This document shows, in pieces, positions 19,432-29,846 of a DNA stretch of 64,000 bases (its first letter is position 1; every line of letters begins with the position of its first letter). The position numbers and the translations under genes were made by a program. The notes under the pieces are model-generated. The model worked only from the letters and a program-made list of their open reading frames with translations, made no database searches and had not been told where the DNA came from. The stretch is from assembly GCA_963778655.1 (NCBI GenBank), contig CAVZVA010000009.1, forward strand, positions 416,001 through 480,000, in the 5' to 3' direction. This DNA is from an uncultured delta proteobacterium. Its GTDB lineage: Bacteria; Myxococcota_A; Polyangia; Polyangiales; JAFGIB01.

Positions 19432-21268
19432 ATGACGCGGCGGATCGAGGACTACGCCATGATCGGCGACTGCCACAGCGCGGCGCTGGTGGGGCGCGAC
19501 GGATTCGATCGACTGGTACTGCGCGCCGCGCTTCGATTCGGCGGCCTGCTTCGCCGCGCTGCTCGGCGACGAGGAGAACGGCCGCTGGTTGATCGCGCCG
19601 CGGGGCGAGGTGAAGCAGGTCTCGCGCCGCTACCGCGGTGCCACGCTGGTGCTGGAGACCTTGTTCGAGACCGCCGAGGGGACGGTCGCGCTGATCGACT
19701 GCATGCCGCTCGGGTTGCCGACGCGCTTTCCGCAGATCGTGCGCGTGGTCGAGGGCCGAGAGGGCCGCGTGCCGATGCGCATGGAGCTGGTGGTGCGTTT
19801 CGAGTACGGCGGGATCGTGCCATGGGTGACGCACGAGCCGGGACGGCTGCGCGTGATCGCCGGGCCGGACACGCTGAATCTGCACACCGAGGTGCCGCTA
19901 CGCGGCCACAACTACCGAACGGTCGCCGAGTTCGAGGTCGCGGCCGGAAGCCGCACCCCGTTCATCCTCACGTACAATCGCTCGCACCGCCCCGAGTCGC
20001 TGCCGGTCGCGGCCTGGTACGCGATCGAGCGCACCGAGGCGGCCTGGACGTCCTGGTCGGCGCGCAGCCGCTACGCGGGTGATCACCGCGAAGAGGTGCA
20101 GCGTTCGCTGCTGGTGCTCAAGGCGCTGACCTACCAGCCGACCGGCGGAATCGTGGCGGCGCCGACCACCTCGCTGCCCGAGCGCGCCGGTGGCGTGCGC
20201 AACTGGGACTACCGTTTCTGCTGGCTGCGCGACGCGGCTGTCACGCTGTACGCGCTGCTGCTCGCCGGCTACACCGAGGAGGCGCGCGCTTGGCGCGAGT
20301 GGCTGCTGCGCGCGGTCGCCGGACGCCCTTCTCAGATCCAGGTGATTTACGGCATCGGTGGCGAGCGGCGGCTGCCGGAGCACGAGCTGCCCTGGCTTTC
20401 TGGCTTCGAGGGCTCGTCGCCGGTGCGCATCGGCAACGGTGCGCATGGCCAGCTGCAGCTGGACGTGTTCGGAGAGGTGATGGACGCGCTGCACCAGTGC
20501 CGCCACGCCGAGCTGCAGGGCGGAGCGAGCTGGGCGCTCGAGCGCAAGCTGGTGGATCATCTCGAATCGCGCTGGCAGCAGCCCGACGCCAGCATCTGGG
20601 AGGTGCGCGGCCGCCCGCGACACTTCACCTACTCCAAGGTGATGGCGTGGGTAGCATTCGACCGGGCGATCAAGGCGGTCGAGCTGTTCGGCCTGGAAGG
20701 GCCGGTCGAGCGCTGGAAGAAGATCCGCTCCGAGATTCACACCGAGGTGTGCGCGCGCGCGTTTTCGACCGAGCTCAACGCCTTCGTGCAGTCGTACGAG
20801 GACCAGGCGCTCGACGCCAGCCTGCTGCAGATCCCGCTGGTCGGCTTTCTGCCGCCCCGGGATCGGCGCGTGCTCGGCACGGTCGCGGCGATCGAGCGCG
20901 AGCTGATCGAGGACACCTTCGTGCTGCGCTACCGGACGCGCGCCGCGGTCGACGGGCTGCCCGAAGGCGAGGGCGCCTTCCTCGCGTGCAGCTTCTGGCT
21001 GGTCAACAACTGGGCGATGCAGGGCCGGCGCGACGAGGCGCAAGCGTTGTTCCGGCGCCTGGTCGCCATACAGAACGACGTGGGCCTGCTGGCGGAGGAG
21101 TACGACCCGGCCGCGCGCCGCCAGCTCGGCAACTTTCCGCAGGCCTTTTCGCACCTGGCGTTGATCGACGCGGCCATGGCCCTGTCCGAGCACCCCGCGA
21201 GCGAGGTGCCCCACCGCGTGCACCCGCACCACCGGCACGCGGGGCCGGTGGTGCCAAAGGGCGGCTGA
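19432..21268 (+). pseudogene. Glycoside hydrolase family 15 (trehalase/glucoamylase-like) with a +1 frameshift near 19504
   Basis: RIEDYAMIGDCHSAALVGRDG in one frame, SIDWYCAPRFDS in the next; AAPTTSLPE, RNWDYRFCWLRD, IWEVRG, LLAEEYD, GNFPQAFSH intact. Confidence 0.85.
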
Positions 21269-21423
21269 GCGCGTGCGGCCGCTGCTGCGCTCGCAGGACG
21301 TTCTCCGGCCAGCGCCTCGGGTTGAGCCCGCCCTTGCGGTCGTGCCACCATCACGCCTGGGGTGGCGTTCCGGCCGTGCACAGCCGCGGTGGGGACGCCG
21401 GCCGCACGCAAGCGAGGTGCCCG

Positions 21424-21861
21424 ATGCTTCGAACGCGCCTGATCCTGCCCGCGCTCGTGCTCGCCGCAGCCGTGGGCTGCGGGGGCGACGGGTCCGACTC
21501 CGGGTCCGCCGGAAACCTGTCGCTCGGGCAGCTCTGTGACCCGTCCGTTCCGATGTGCGCGACGGGCAGCTGCCAGGACGTGGTGTCGGGCAACTCGTGC
21601 GACTCGTACAGCTGCACCAACTGGAGCCAGGCGTCGAATCAGGGGACGATCTGCACCAAGAGTTGCTCGAGCGACGCGGACTGCACCGGCATCACGTTCA
21701 GCGCCACCAATGGCGAGCAGACCTCCGCGGAGGACTGGTCCTGCTCGGCGGGGGTCTGCCATGTAATGCTCACCGGGCCGCCCTCGCAGAATACCGACAG
21801 TTGCTCGGGCTGCGGCGGCGCCCTGTGCTCGGGACCCTGCATCGGCTGTCCGCAGTGCTGA
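21424..21861 (+). CDS. Small cysteine-rich lipoprotein
   Basis: GAGG RBS; lipobox AAVGC; 16 further Cys; strong GC3 codon bias. Confidence 0.8.
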   Translation: MLRTRLILPALVLAAAVGCGGDGSDSGSAGNLSLGQLCDPSVPMCATGSCQDVVSGNSCDSYSCTNWSQASNQGTICTKSCSSDADCTGITFSATNGEQTSAEDWSCSAGVCHVMLTGPPSQNTDSCSGCGGALCSGPCIGCPQC

Positions 21862-21997
21862 GCCCCGCGTTCGCTCGCGGGCGTTGCCCCCGGCCGCGCG
21901 CCCCCTCGCACGCGGCGATCGATACCCACTAGTTATCACCATCCGCGCCGGAAATAAACCGCTTCCTTCGGTGGCGCGTTCCAGGCGCAATGGCGCG

Positions 21998-23176
21998 ATG
22001 CCGGTCCTTCAGCCGCGGTCCGCCGTCCAGCGCAAGCGCCGGCGCTCCCTGATCGACCTCGAGCTCGACCCCGCGCAGCGCGAGGCCGTGCGCCGGCCCG
22101 TGGGCGGGACGATGCTGGTGCTCGGCGAGGCCGGACACGGCAAGACCACGGTCGCGCTGCATCGCCTTGCGCACCTCCACCGAAGCTCACCGCTCGGGTT
22201 TCGGGCGGTAGTGATCGTGCCGCACGTGGCGCTCGAGCACATGCTGCAGCCGTTGCTCACGCAGCTGGGGCTCGACGTGCGGGTGCGCACCTACGACGCC
22301 TGGGCTCGCAGTCAGGCGAAGCGTGCGTTCGGCGACATCCCGCGCCGGCAGAGCGTGGCGGTGGCTCCCAGCGTCCTGCGCATGAAGCGCAGCGCGGCGC
22401 TGATGCCGTTGCTGCGGGAAGTCGCCGCGCACCCGCCGCGTCCGATCGACGACGACTTCGACGCGCCGCCGCCCCCGACCCGCGCGTACGCGCACCGCGC
22501 CGACTTGCAGCACTTGTTCGGCGACGGCGAGCGCATGCGCAGGCTGGCGCGCGAGCTCGGCCTGGGCGCGTGCGCCGTCGAAGCCATGCTCGAGCACACT
22601 CACGTGCAGTTTCTGCAGCGCTCCGAGCAGCTCTATTCGCACGTCGATGCCGAGCGCCTGGTGACGCTCGACCATCACAGCCTGGACGCCGGCACACCGC
22701 CGGAGAACGCGGGCTCGATCGACCCCGAGGCGCCGCGACCCGAGCGCGTCGTTCGCGATCGTCGGGCGCAGCCGCGAAACGGCGCTGGCTGCGGCGCGGG
22801 CGCTGCGCGGCAAGGTCGCGTGCAAGCTGGTGCTGGGCGAGGAATTCGTGCTGCAACGCGGGGTCGACGTCACCGTCGTCGACGAAGTCAAGGGACTCGA
22901 GCTCGACTACGTGATCGTGCCCGACGCCTGCGCCGGCGCATATCCCGAAAGCCCGGCGCGCGCCGTGCGCTATACGTGGCCGTGACCCGCGCCCGCCACC
23001 AACTGGTGCTGGCGTGCGCCGGCGAGCCCAGCCCGCTGCTGCCTGCGGGCAGCACGGCCGACCCGCGTCGCGGGCGCCGGCGACCGCCCTCGCGCGGGTC
23101 GCGCAGCGCAGCGCCATCCGCGTCCAGCGCGGCGCGGCCGGCCCGCCCCGGTCGAGTCGGCCGCGGCGCCGCCTGA
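21998..23176 (+). pseudogene. Degenerate UvrD/HelD-like superfamily 1 helicase (internal deletion plus two frame changes)
   Basis: LDPAQ, GEAGHGKTTVALHR; VKGLELD in a different frame; LYVAVTRA back in the first frame; no Walker B DEAQ found. Confidence 0.75.
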
Positions 23177-23292
23177 ATTGTTTCCGGTCCGTGCAAAAGC
23201 GCGCGGCGCGAGTCGAGGCCGTGATCGGGCACGGCGCGGGCTGAGGTTTTGGCGTAGCCTGTGCCGCGGCGACTCCAACCAACGAGGCGAGC

Positions 23293-24315
<1,023 letters not shown>

Positions 24316-24368
24316 GCGCGTGCGTCGCCCCGGCTCGAAGCTCGGCGCGGGCTTCGCGATCACGGAAT

Positions 24369-24545
24369 GTGCAATTGGGGGGGCTGGTGCAGCACTTCGT
24401 GATGTTCTACGCGACCTGGGACTTCGAGATCATCCACAATCCCGCCGTCGAGCCCAACCCCACTACCGTGCGGGAGGGCGATCTGCGCGAGGATCAGATC
24501 AAGCTGGCGCTGGCGGCACGGGCCCGAGGCAAAGACTCGGTGTAA
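24369..24545 (+). CDS. Candidate 58-aa small ORF or gene remnant
   Basis: GTG...TAA, VQLGGLVQHFVMFYATWDFEIIHNPAVEPNP...; mostly G/C third positions; below the ORF-track cutoff. Confidence 0.35.
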   Translation: MQLGGLVQHFVMFYATWDFEIIHNPAVEPNPTTVREGDLREDQIKLALAARARGKDSV

Positions 24546-24554
24546 GCTGCGCGC

Positions 24555-26315
24555 GTGCGACCGCCTCTGCGTTTCCGCTCGCCTCTGGCTCGCGTCGGCG
24601 CGCGCTGGCTCTGGCTTGCCGCGCTTGCGTGGGGCGCGCGGGGCACGGGCGCGCACGCCGATGCCGGCGCTGCCGGCGCGGCGCGGGTCACGATCTCGGT
24701 GGTCGCCACCAACGACGTGCACGGCCACATCGAGCAGCTGCCGCTGCTCGGCGGTTATCTACGCAACTTGCGCGCCGTCCGCGCGCGCGATCACGGCGCG
24801 GTGCTGCTGCTCGACGGCGGCGACATGCTGCAGGGCACGCTGGAATCGAACCTGGGGGAGGGCGCGGCCACGATTCGCGCGCTCAACGCGCTGGGCTATG
24901 CCGCGGCCGCGGTCGGCAATCACGAGTTCGACTATGGCCCGGTAGGACCGCACGCGGTGCCGCTCGCAGCGGGCGACGACCCGACCGGCGCGCTGCAGGC
25001 GCGCGCCAGGCAGGCGCGCTTCCCGCTGTTGTCGGCCAACCTCGAGCGCAAGCACGGCGGTGTGCCTGCCGTGCCCGGGGTCGTGCCCTCGGCGCTGCTC
25101 GAGGTGGCGGGCTTCAAGGTCGGGGTGGTCGGCGGGCTCACCCGGGATGGGCTGCTGCTGACCCAGGCGCCCAACGTCGCCGGGCTCGAGCTGGTGGACC
25201 TGGCGCAGAGCGTTGCCGGCGAGGCGCGCGCGCTGCGGGCGCGCGGCGCGGCGCTGGTGATTGCGCTGGTGCACGCCGGCGGGGAGTGCCACGACCTGCA
25301 CGACCCGAACGACCTCGCCAGCTGCGACCCCAAGGCGGAGGTGTTCGAGCTGGCGCGGCGGCTTTCGCCCGAGGATGTGGACCTGATCGTGGCCGGCCAC
25401 ACCCACGACGGCGTCGCGCACTTCGTCCACGGCATTCCGATCATCGAGTCGTACGCCAATGGCCGCGCCTTCGGGCGGGTGGATCTCACGCTCGACCCGA
25501 GGGGGCACGTGCTGTTGCGCCACGTGTTCGAGCCTCACCCGCTGTGTCACGAGGCGCTGGAGAAACCCGCGTGCACCCGCGAGCGCTACGAGGGCGCGAT
25601 GGTGCGGCGCGACCCCGGGGTGCAGCACGTGGTGGAGGCGGACCTGGCCACCGCGCGCAAGGCGCGCTCGCGGCGGCTCGGCGTCGTGCTGGTGCACGCG
25701 CTGCCGCGCGTGGCCAAGGCCGAGTCGGCGCTCGGCAATCTGGTGGCGGACGTGTTGCGCCGCGCGTTTCCAAAGGCGGATGCGCTGATCAACAACGGGG
25801 GCTCGCTGCGTACCAGCCTGCCCGCGGGTCCACTGCGTTACGGCACGCTGTTCGAGCTGTTTCCCTTCGACAATACCTTCGCCACGCTGCACATCGATGC
25901 CAAGACCCTGGCCGAGATCATCGCGCGCAACCTGCAGTCCGATCACGGCATTCTCTCGCTCTCGGGGCTGCGCGCGCAGGCGCACTGCGAAGGCGCGCGC
26001 CTGATGGTCGAGCTGCGCAAGCAGAGCGGCGAGCCGCTGGCGCCGGACACCCGGCTCGAGGTGCTGACTAGTGACTTCCTGGCTTCGGGTGGGGACGGCT
26101 TGCTGCGCGGGCTGCCGCTCGCGCCCGCTGCGATCGAGCTCCATCCGGGGCGGCTGATGCGCGATGCGCTGCTGCAGGGGCTGTCGTCGCTGCCGGGCGG
26201 GCGCGTCGACGGCACGGCGCCCGGAGTGTTCGACCCGGCCGAGCCGAGACTGCGCTATCCCGGCCCGCGCCCGGTGCACTGCGAGGCGACCGCGGCCGCG
26301 CGGCCTCCCGGTTGA
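24555..26315 (+). CDS. Secreted 5'-nucleotidase / bifunctional metallophosphatase
   Basis: TNDVHG, LDGGD, GNHEFD, LVH, AGHTH; C-domain ESALGNLVAD, NGGSLR, FPFDN. Confidence 0.92.
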   Translation: MRPPLRFRSPLARVGARWLWLAALAWGARGTGAHADAGAAGAARVTISVVATNDVHGHIEQLPLLGGYLRNLRAVRARDHGAVLLLDGGDMLQGTLESNLGEGAATIRALNALGYAAAAVGNHEFDYGPVGPHAVPLAAGDDPTGALQARARQARFPLLSANLERKHGGVPAVPGVVPSALLEVAGFKVGVVGGLTRDGLLLTQAPNVAGLELVDLAQSVAGEARALRARGAALVIALVHAGGECHDLHDPNDLASCDPKAEVFELARRLSPEDVDLIVAGHTHDGVAHFVHGIPIIESYANGRAFGRVDLTLDPRGHVLLRHVFEPHPLCHEALEKPACTRERYEGAMVRRDPGVQHVVEADLATARKARSRRLGVVLVHALPRVAKAESALGNLVADVLRRAFPKADALINNGGSLRTSLPAGPLRYGTLFELFPFDNTFATLHIDAKTLAEIIARNLQSDHGILSLSGLRAQAHCEGARLMVELRKQSGEPLAPDTRLEVLTSDFLASGGDGLLRGLPLAPAAIELHPGRLMRDALLQGLSSLPGGRVDGTAPGVFDPAEPRLRYPGPRPVHCEATAAARPPG

Positions 26316-26367
26316 CAAGCCGGCCGCGTTCGGGGAGACCGAAGGCGATGGCGTTGGGGAGGACGCG

Positions 26368-27708
26368 ATGACGCACGGCATGGGATGGCGCGCGGCTCGG
26401 GCCGCGCTGGCGTTCGCGCTTTGTGCGGCCTCGGGCTGCAGCCTGTTCAAGTCGTCGGTCAAGCCGGACGGGGCCGCGGCCAAGCCCGATCTGGGGCCGC
26501 CCGGCGTGCCGTTGCTCAGCGCCGGCAACGGCCAGAGCTGCGGCCTGCGCGCCAGCGGCTCGCTCTACTGCTGGGGCAAGAACGCCGACCAGGCGCCGCA
26601 TGGGATCTACCGCCGCGTGGCGACCGGCAACGAGCACGCGTGCGCGATTCGCGCCGAAGCGCCGCGCCAGGGAGAGGTCGACTGCTGGGGCAGCGACAAT
26701 CTGGGTCAGGCCTCGCCGCCAGCCGGGGTGTTCGTGGAGCTGGCGGCAGGCTACCAGCACACCTGCGGCATCCGGCCCGATGGACACGCGGTGTGCTGGG
26801 GCCGCAACGACGCGCAGCAAGCCCAGCCGCCCGACCTGCTGTTCTCGCAGCTGAGCGCCGGCAAGACGTTCACCTGTGGGCTGACACGCGACGGCGCGGT
26901 CGATTGCTGGGGCGGCAACGACAAGGGTCAGACCTCCGCGCCGTCCGGGACATTCGTCGCGCTCAGCAGCGGCACCTACCATAGCTGCGCGGTGGCCAAG
27001 GACGGCAGCCTGGAATGCTGGGGCAGCGATGCCGCGCACCAGCTGCGCGTGCCGGAAGGTCGCTTCAGCGCGGTCGCGTGCGGCTTCGAGCACACCTGCG
27101 CGCTGCGCGTCGATCACACGCTGCTGTGCTGGGGCGGCAACAGCGAGGGCCAGGCCAAGCCGCCCGAGGGTGAGTTCTACGCCATCGCCGCGGGTTGGGT
27201 GCACACCTGCGGCATCCGGCTCAGCGGGGCCGTCGAGTGCTGGGGCCACGACTACTTCGGCGAGGCGCAGCCGCACGCGCAGTTCCTGCACGTCGACGTG
27301 CCGCAGCCCGAGCAGGCGGCGGAGCCAGAAGAGCCCGGAGCCGAGCACGAGCCAGCGGCCGAGGTCGCGAAGCGCGACGAGCACGCGGACGAGAAGGGCT
27401 CGGGCAAGCACGAGCAGGCCGAGGCGCAGGCAGACGAGCGCGCGGGCGGGCACGGCGCCGCCAAGGCCGAGGCGTCGAGCGGCTCGGGGTGGTCGAAGCC
27501 CGACAAGCGGGTGAAGTCGGGTCCCGCGGACATGTCCTTCGCGCTCGACGAGACCGAGGACAAGGGCAAGGCCAAGAGCGCCGAGCCGGAAGGCGGCGCC
27601 TCGGAGCACAAGCAGGGCGACGAGGCCAAGAAGGGTGCGCAGGCAACCCACTCGCATCTGGCCGAGGAGCGCAAGAAGCCCCGCAGCCTCGACTACTTCC
27701 TCAAGTAG
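26368..27708 (+). CDS. RCC1-repeat beta-propeller lipoprotein with charged C-terminal tail
   Basis: GGAGGA RBS; lipobox ASGC; seven repeats of AG..HTCGIR.DG...CWG.N..GQ. Confidence 0.85.
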   Translation: MTHGMGWRAARAALAFALCAASGCSLFKSSVKPDGAAAKPDLGPPGVPLLSAGNGQSCGLRASGSLYCWGKNADQAPHGIYRRVATGNEHACAIRAEAPRQGEVDCWGSDNLGQASPPAGVFVELAAGYQHTCGIRPDGHAVCWGRNDAQQAQPPDLLFSQLSAGKTFTCGLTRDGAVDCWGGNDKGQTSAPSGTFVALSSGTYHSCAVAKDGSLECWGSDAAHQLRVPEGRFSAVACGFEHTCALRVDHTLLCWGGNSEGQAKPPEGEFYAIAAGWVHTCGIRLSGAVECWGHDYFGEAQPHAQFLHVDVPQPEQAAEPEEPGAEHEPAAEVAKRDEHADEKGSGKHEQAEAQADERAGGHGAAKAEASSGSGWSKPDKRVKSGPADMSFALDETEDKGKAKSAEPEGGASEHKQGDEAKKGAQATHSHLAEERKKPRSLDYFLK

Positions 27709-27728
27709 TGCCAGTTATTGATTCTGCG

Positions 27729-27753
27729 CTTCCCGTCTTCCCGCCTTGCTGTG
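27729..27753. repeat. REP-like repeat (single arm)
   Basis: CTTCCCGTCTTCCCGCCTTGCTGTG, 24/25 identical to 49896-49920. Confidence 0.7.
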
Positions 27754-27769
27754 AAGCTCCGGTCCGTGC

Positions 27770-28561
27770 ATGTGCACCATCCTGTATTTGCATCGCGTTC
27801 ACCCGGAGCTTCCGCTAATCATCGCGGCCAACCGCGACGAGTACTACGCGCGGCCCAGCGCCGTACCGCAGCTCTTGCACGCACAGCCGCTCGCGGTGGG
27901 CGGCGTCGACCTCAAGGCCGGCGGCACCTGGCTCGGGGCCAACCAGCACGGGATCGTGGTGGGCCTGACCAATCAGCGCACCTTTCGTGCTCCCGATCCC
28001 AGCGCGCGCTCGCGCGGCGAGGTGGTGCGGGCGGCGCTGTGCGCGCGCAGCGGGGAGGAGATCGCCGACCGGCTGCGGCGGCTCGAGCCCGCGCGCTACA
28101 ACGCATTCAACCTGCTGTTCGGCGACGCCTCCGGGCTCTACGTGGCCTACGTGCGTCCCGACCAGCGCGAGCCGAGCATCGAGCCGGCGCCGACCGGCGT
28201 GCAGGTGCTGCCCAACGATCGCATCGGCGCGCCCGGGTTCCCGCGTGCCGAACGCGCGCGCACGCTGGCTCTGCCGATCGGCACAGAGCCTTGGCCACGC
28301 CTGCGGCAGAGCCTGGCGACCGTGCTCGGCGACCACGAGCGGCCGGCCTTCGAGCAGGTGCCCGAGCCGCCGCCGCACGCCAGCATCGATCGCCTGCATC
28401 TGTGGCGCGCCGGCGCGATCTGCACCCACGGCGAAATCTACGGCACCTGTTCGGCGACCATCATCGCGTGCACCGAGGGGGGCGTGGCGAGCTACCTGTA
28501 CGCGCACGGAACCGCGTGCAGGACGCCCTTCGCCGACTACACGCATTTGTTACAAGCGTGA
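27770..28561 (+). CDS. NRDE/TANGO2 family protein
   Basis: MCTI N-terminus, AANRDEYYARP, GGTWLG, LTN, SRG, YGT. Confidence 0.9.
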   Translation: MCTILYLHRVHPELPLIIAANRDEYYARPSAVPQLLHAQPLAVGGVDLKAGGTWLGANQHGIVVGLTNQRTFRAPDPSARSRGEVVRAALCARSGEEIADRLRRLEPARYNAFNLLFGDASGLYVAYVRPDQREPSIEPAPTGVQVLPNDRIGAPGFPRAERARTLALPIGTEPWPRLRQSLATVLGDHERPAFEQVPEPPPHASIDRLHLWRAGAICTHGEIYGTCSATIIACTEGGVASYLYAHGTACRTPFADYTHLLQA

Positions 28562-28626
28562 GCACGCGTGCGTCTCGGCCGCCTTCCGCTTGACCCGCTC
28601 TCGCCGGTCGTGCTGGGATAGGCACC

Positions 28627-28911
28627 ATGCCTCGTACCAAGAGCAAGCGCGCGAAGCGCGCGGCTTCCGCACCGAACAAGCGTGTGAAGACCGCGGCCCG
28701 CGGCGGTGCCAAGCGCCCGGTCAAGCGCGCCAAGGCGGCCGCGGTGCCCGCCGGCAAGGGCAGCGAGGCGGCCAAAGCCGAGGCGGACTTGCGGCTTCAG
28801 TTCGTGAGCCTGGTGATGCGCATCGGCACCGAGGAAGCCGAGCGCTTGCTCGCGCGTATCATCGAGGTGGAGACGCACACCGCCGACTCGCTGGACCGCA
28901 TCTCGCGCTAG
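28627..28911 (+). CDS. Small basic hypothetical protein
   Basis: Lys/Arg/Ala-rich N-half, amphipathic helical C-half; fills the gap with good codon bias. Confidence 0.65.
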   Translation: MPRTKSKRAKRAASAPNKRVKTAARGGAKRPVKRAKAAAVPAGKGSEAAKAEADLRLQFVSLVMRIGTEEAERLLARIIEVETHTADSLDRISR

Positions 28912-28920
28912 GTACTCGCA

Positions 28921-29838
28921 TCAGCTCCGCTGCCGCAGCCAGTGCAGGACCTGAGCTTCGAGTCGGACTCGCGCGGGGAAACCGACGTGGCCTCCGGCCG
29001 CGAGGCGTCGTACCTCGAGCTTGGGCGCCGGCGCCTGCAGGTGCGGCTCATAGGTCCACGGCGGCACCATGGGATCGTGCAGGCTCTGCGCCAGCAGCGC
29101 AGGCACGCGCAGCGCACCGAGCCTCGGGCCGGCGCTCATCTGCTCGTAGTAGCGTGCGACCGTGCCGAAACCGAAGCGCGGCACCACCGTGAGGCTGTCC
29201 CACTCGCGGATCGTGCGCGCGCGTTGCACGCGCGGCAGCGGCGTCGGCACCGCTCGCTTGCCGGCGACCGCGGCGTAGATCTGCTTGAGGCCGGAGAGCA
29301 CGTGCTGCCGATACAACAGCGCACCCGGGCGGTCGATCGCCTGCGCCGAGAGCTCGAGGTCGAGCGGTGCGCACACCGCCGCGACGGCACGCACCCGCAC
29401 GTCTCCGGGCTGCAGCGCGAAGCGCAGCGTGACGTGGCCGCCGAGCGAATAGCCGAGCACGAAGATGCGCGCGAAGCCGGCCAGCGCTTCGCTCGCGACC
29501 GCGGCCTCGAGGTCGGCGGTGAGCCCGGCGTGATAGAAGTCGTCGCCCTGGCGGTCGGCGCCGCGCAGGCCCAGCCGCAGGCAGGCGAGCCCGGCCTGCT
29601 CGGCCGCGCGCGCCGCCTCGATGCAGTAGTGCGCCTCGATCGACCCGCCCAGGCCGTGCACCACCACCAGGCAGCTGTCCGCGCCTTCGCGTGCGCGCAG
29701 CGCGCCCCGCAGCGTGACCGGGCCGGCGGTGGGGTCGTGCAGCAGCGCCGACCATGGCCGTGCAGGCGGAGCCGCGCGCGGCGCCACCCGGTGCAGCTGG
29801 CTCGGCACGATGGTCCAGAAGTGTCCGGCCACCGACAT
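28921..29838 (-). CDS. Alpha/beta hydrolase (YheT-like)
   Basis: VHGLGGS, GYSLGG nucleophile elbow, HDPMVP, GGHVGF. Confidence 0.88.
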   Translation of the reverse strand: MSVAGHFWTIVPSQLHRVAPRAAPPARPWSALLHDPTAGPVTLRGALRAREGADSCLVVVHGLGGSIEAHYCIEAARAAEQAGLACLRLGLRGADRQGDDFYHAGLTADLEAAVASEALAGFARIFVLGYSLGGHVTLRFALQPGDVRVRAVAAVCAPLDLELSAQAIDRPGALLYRQHVLSGLKQIYAAVAGKRAVPTPLPRVQRARTIREWDSLTVVPRFGFGTVARYYEQMSAGPRLGALRVPALLAQSLHDPMVPPWTYEPHLQAPAPKLEVRRLAAGGHVGFPARVRLEAQVLHWLRQRS

Positions 29839-29846
29839 ACCGTGCT

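Noticed and set aside
21424..21861. RiPP (ranthipeptide/sactipeptide) precursor reading of the Cys-rich gene
   Set aside because: Has a lipoprotein signal and no radical SAM or other maturase nearby
26510..27270. Roughly 110-120-bp periodic repeats (TGCTGGGGC...) resembling an array
   Set aside because: Explained by RCC1 protein repeats; not CRISPR
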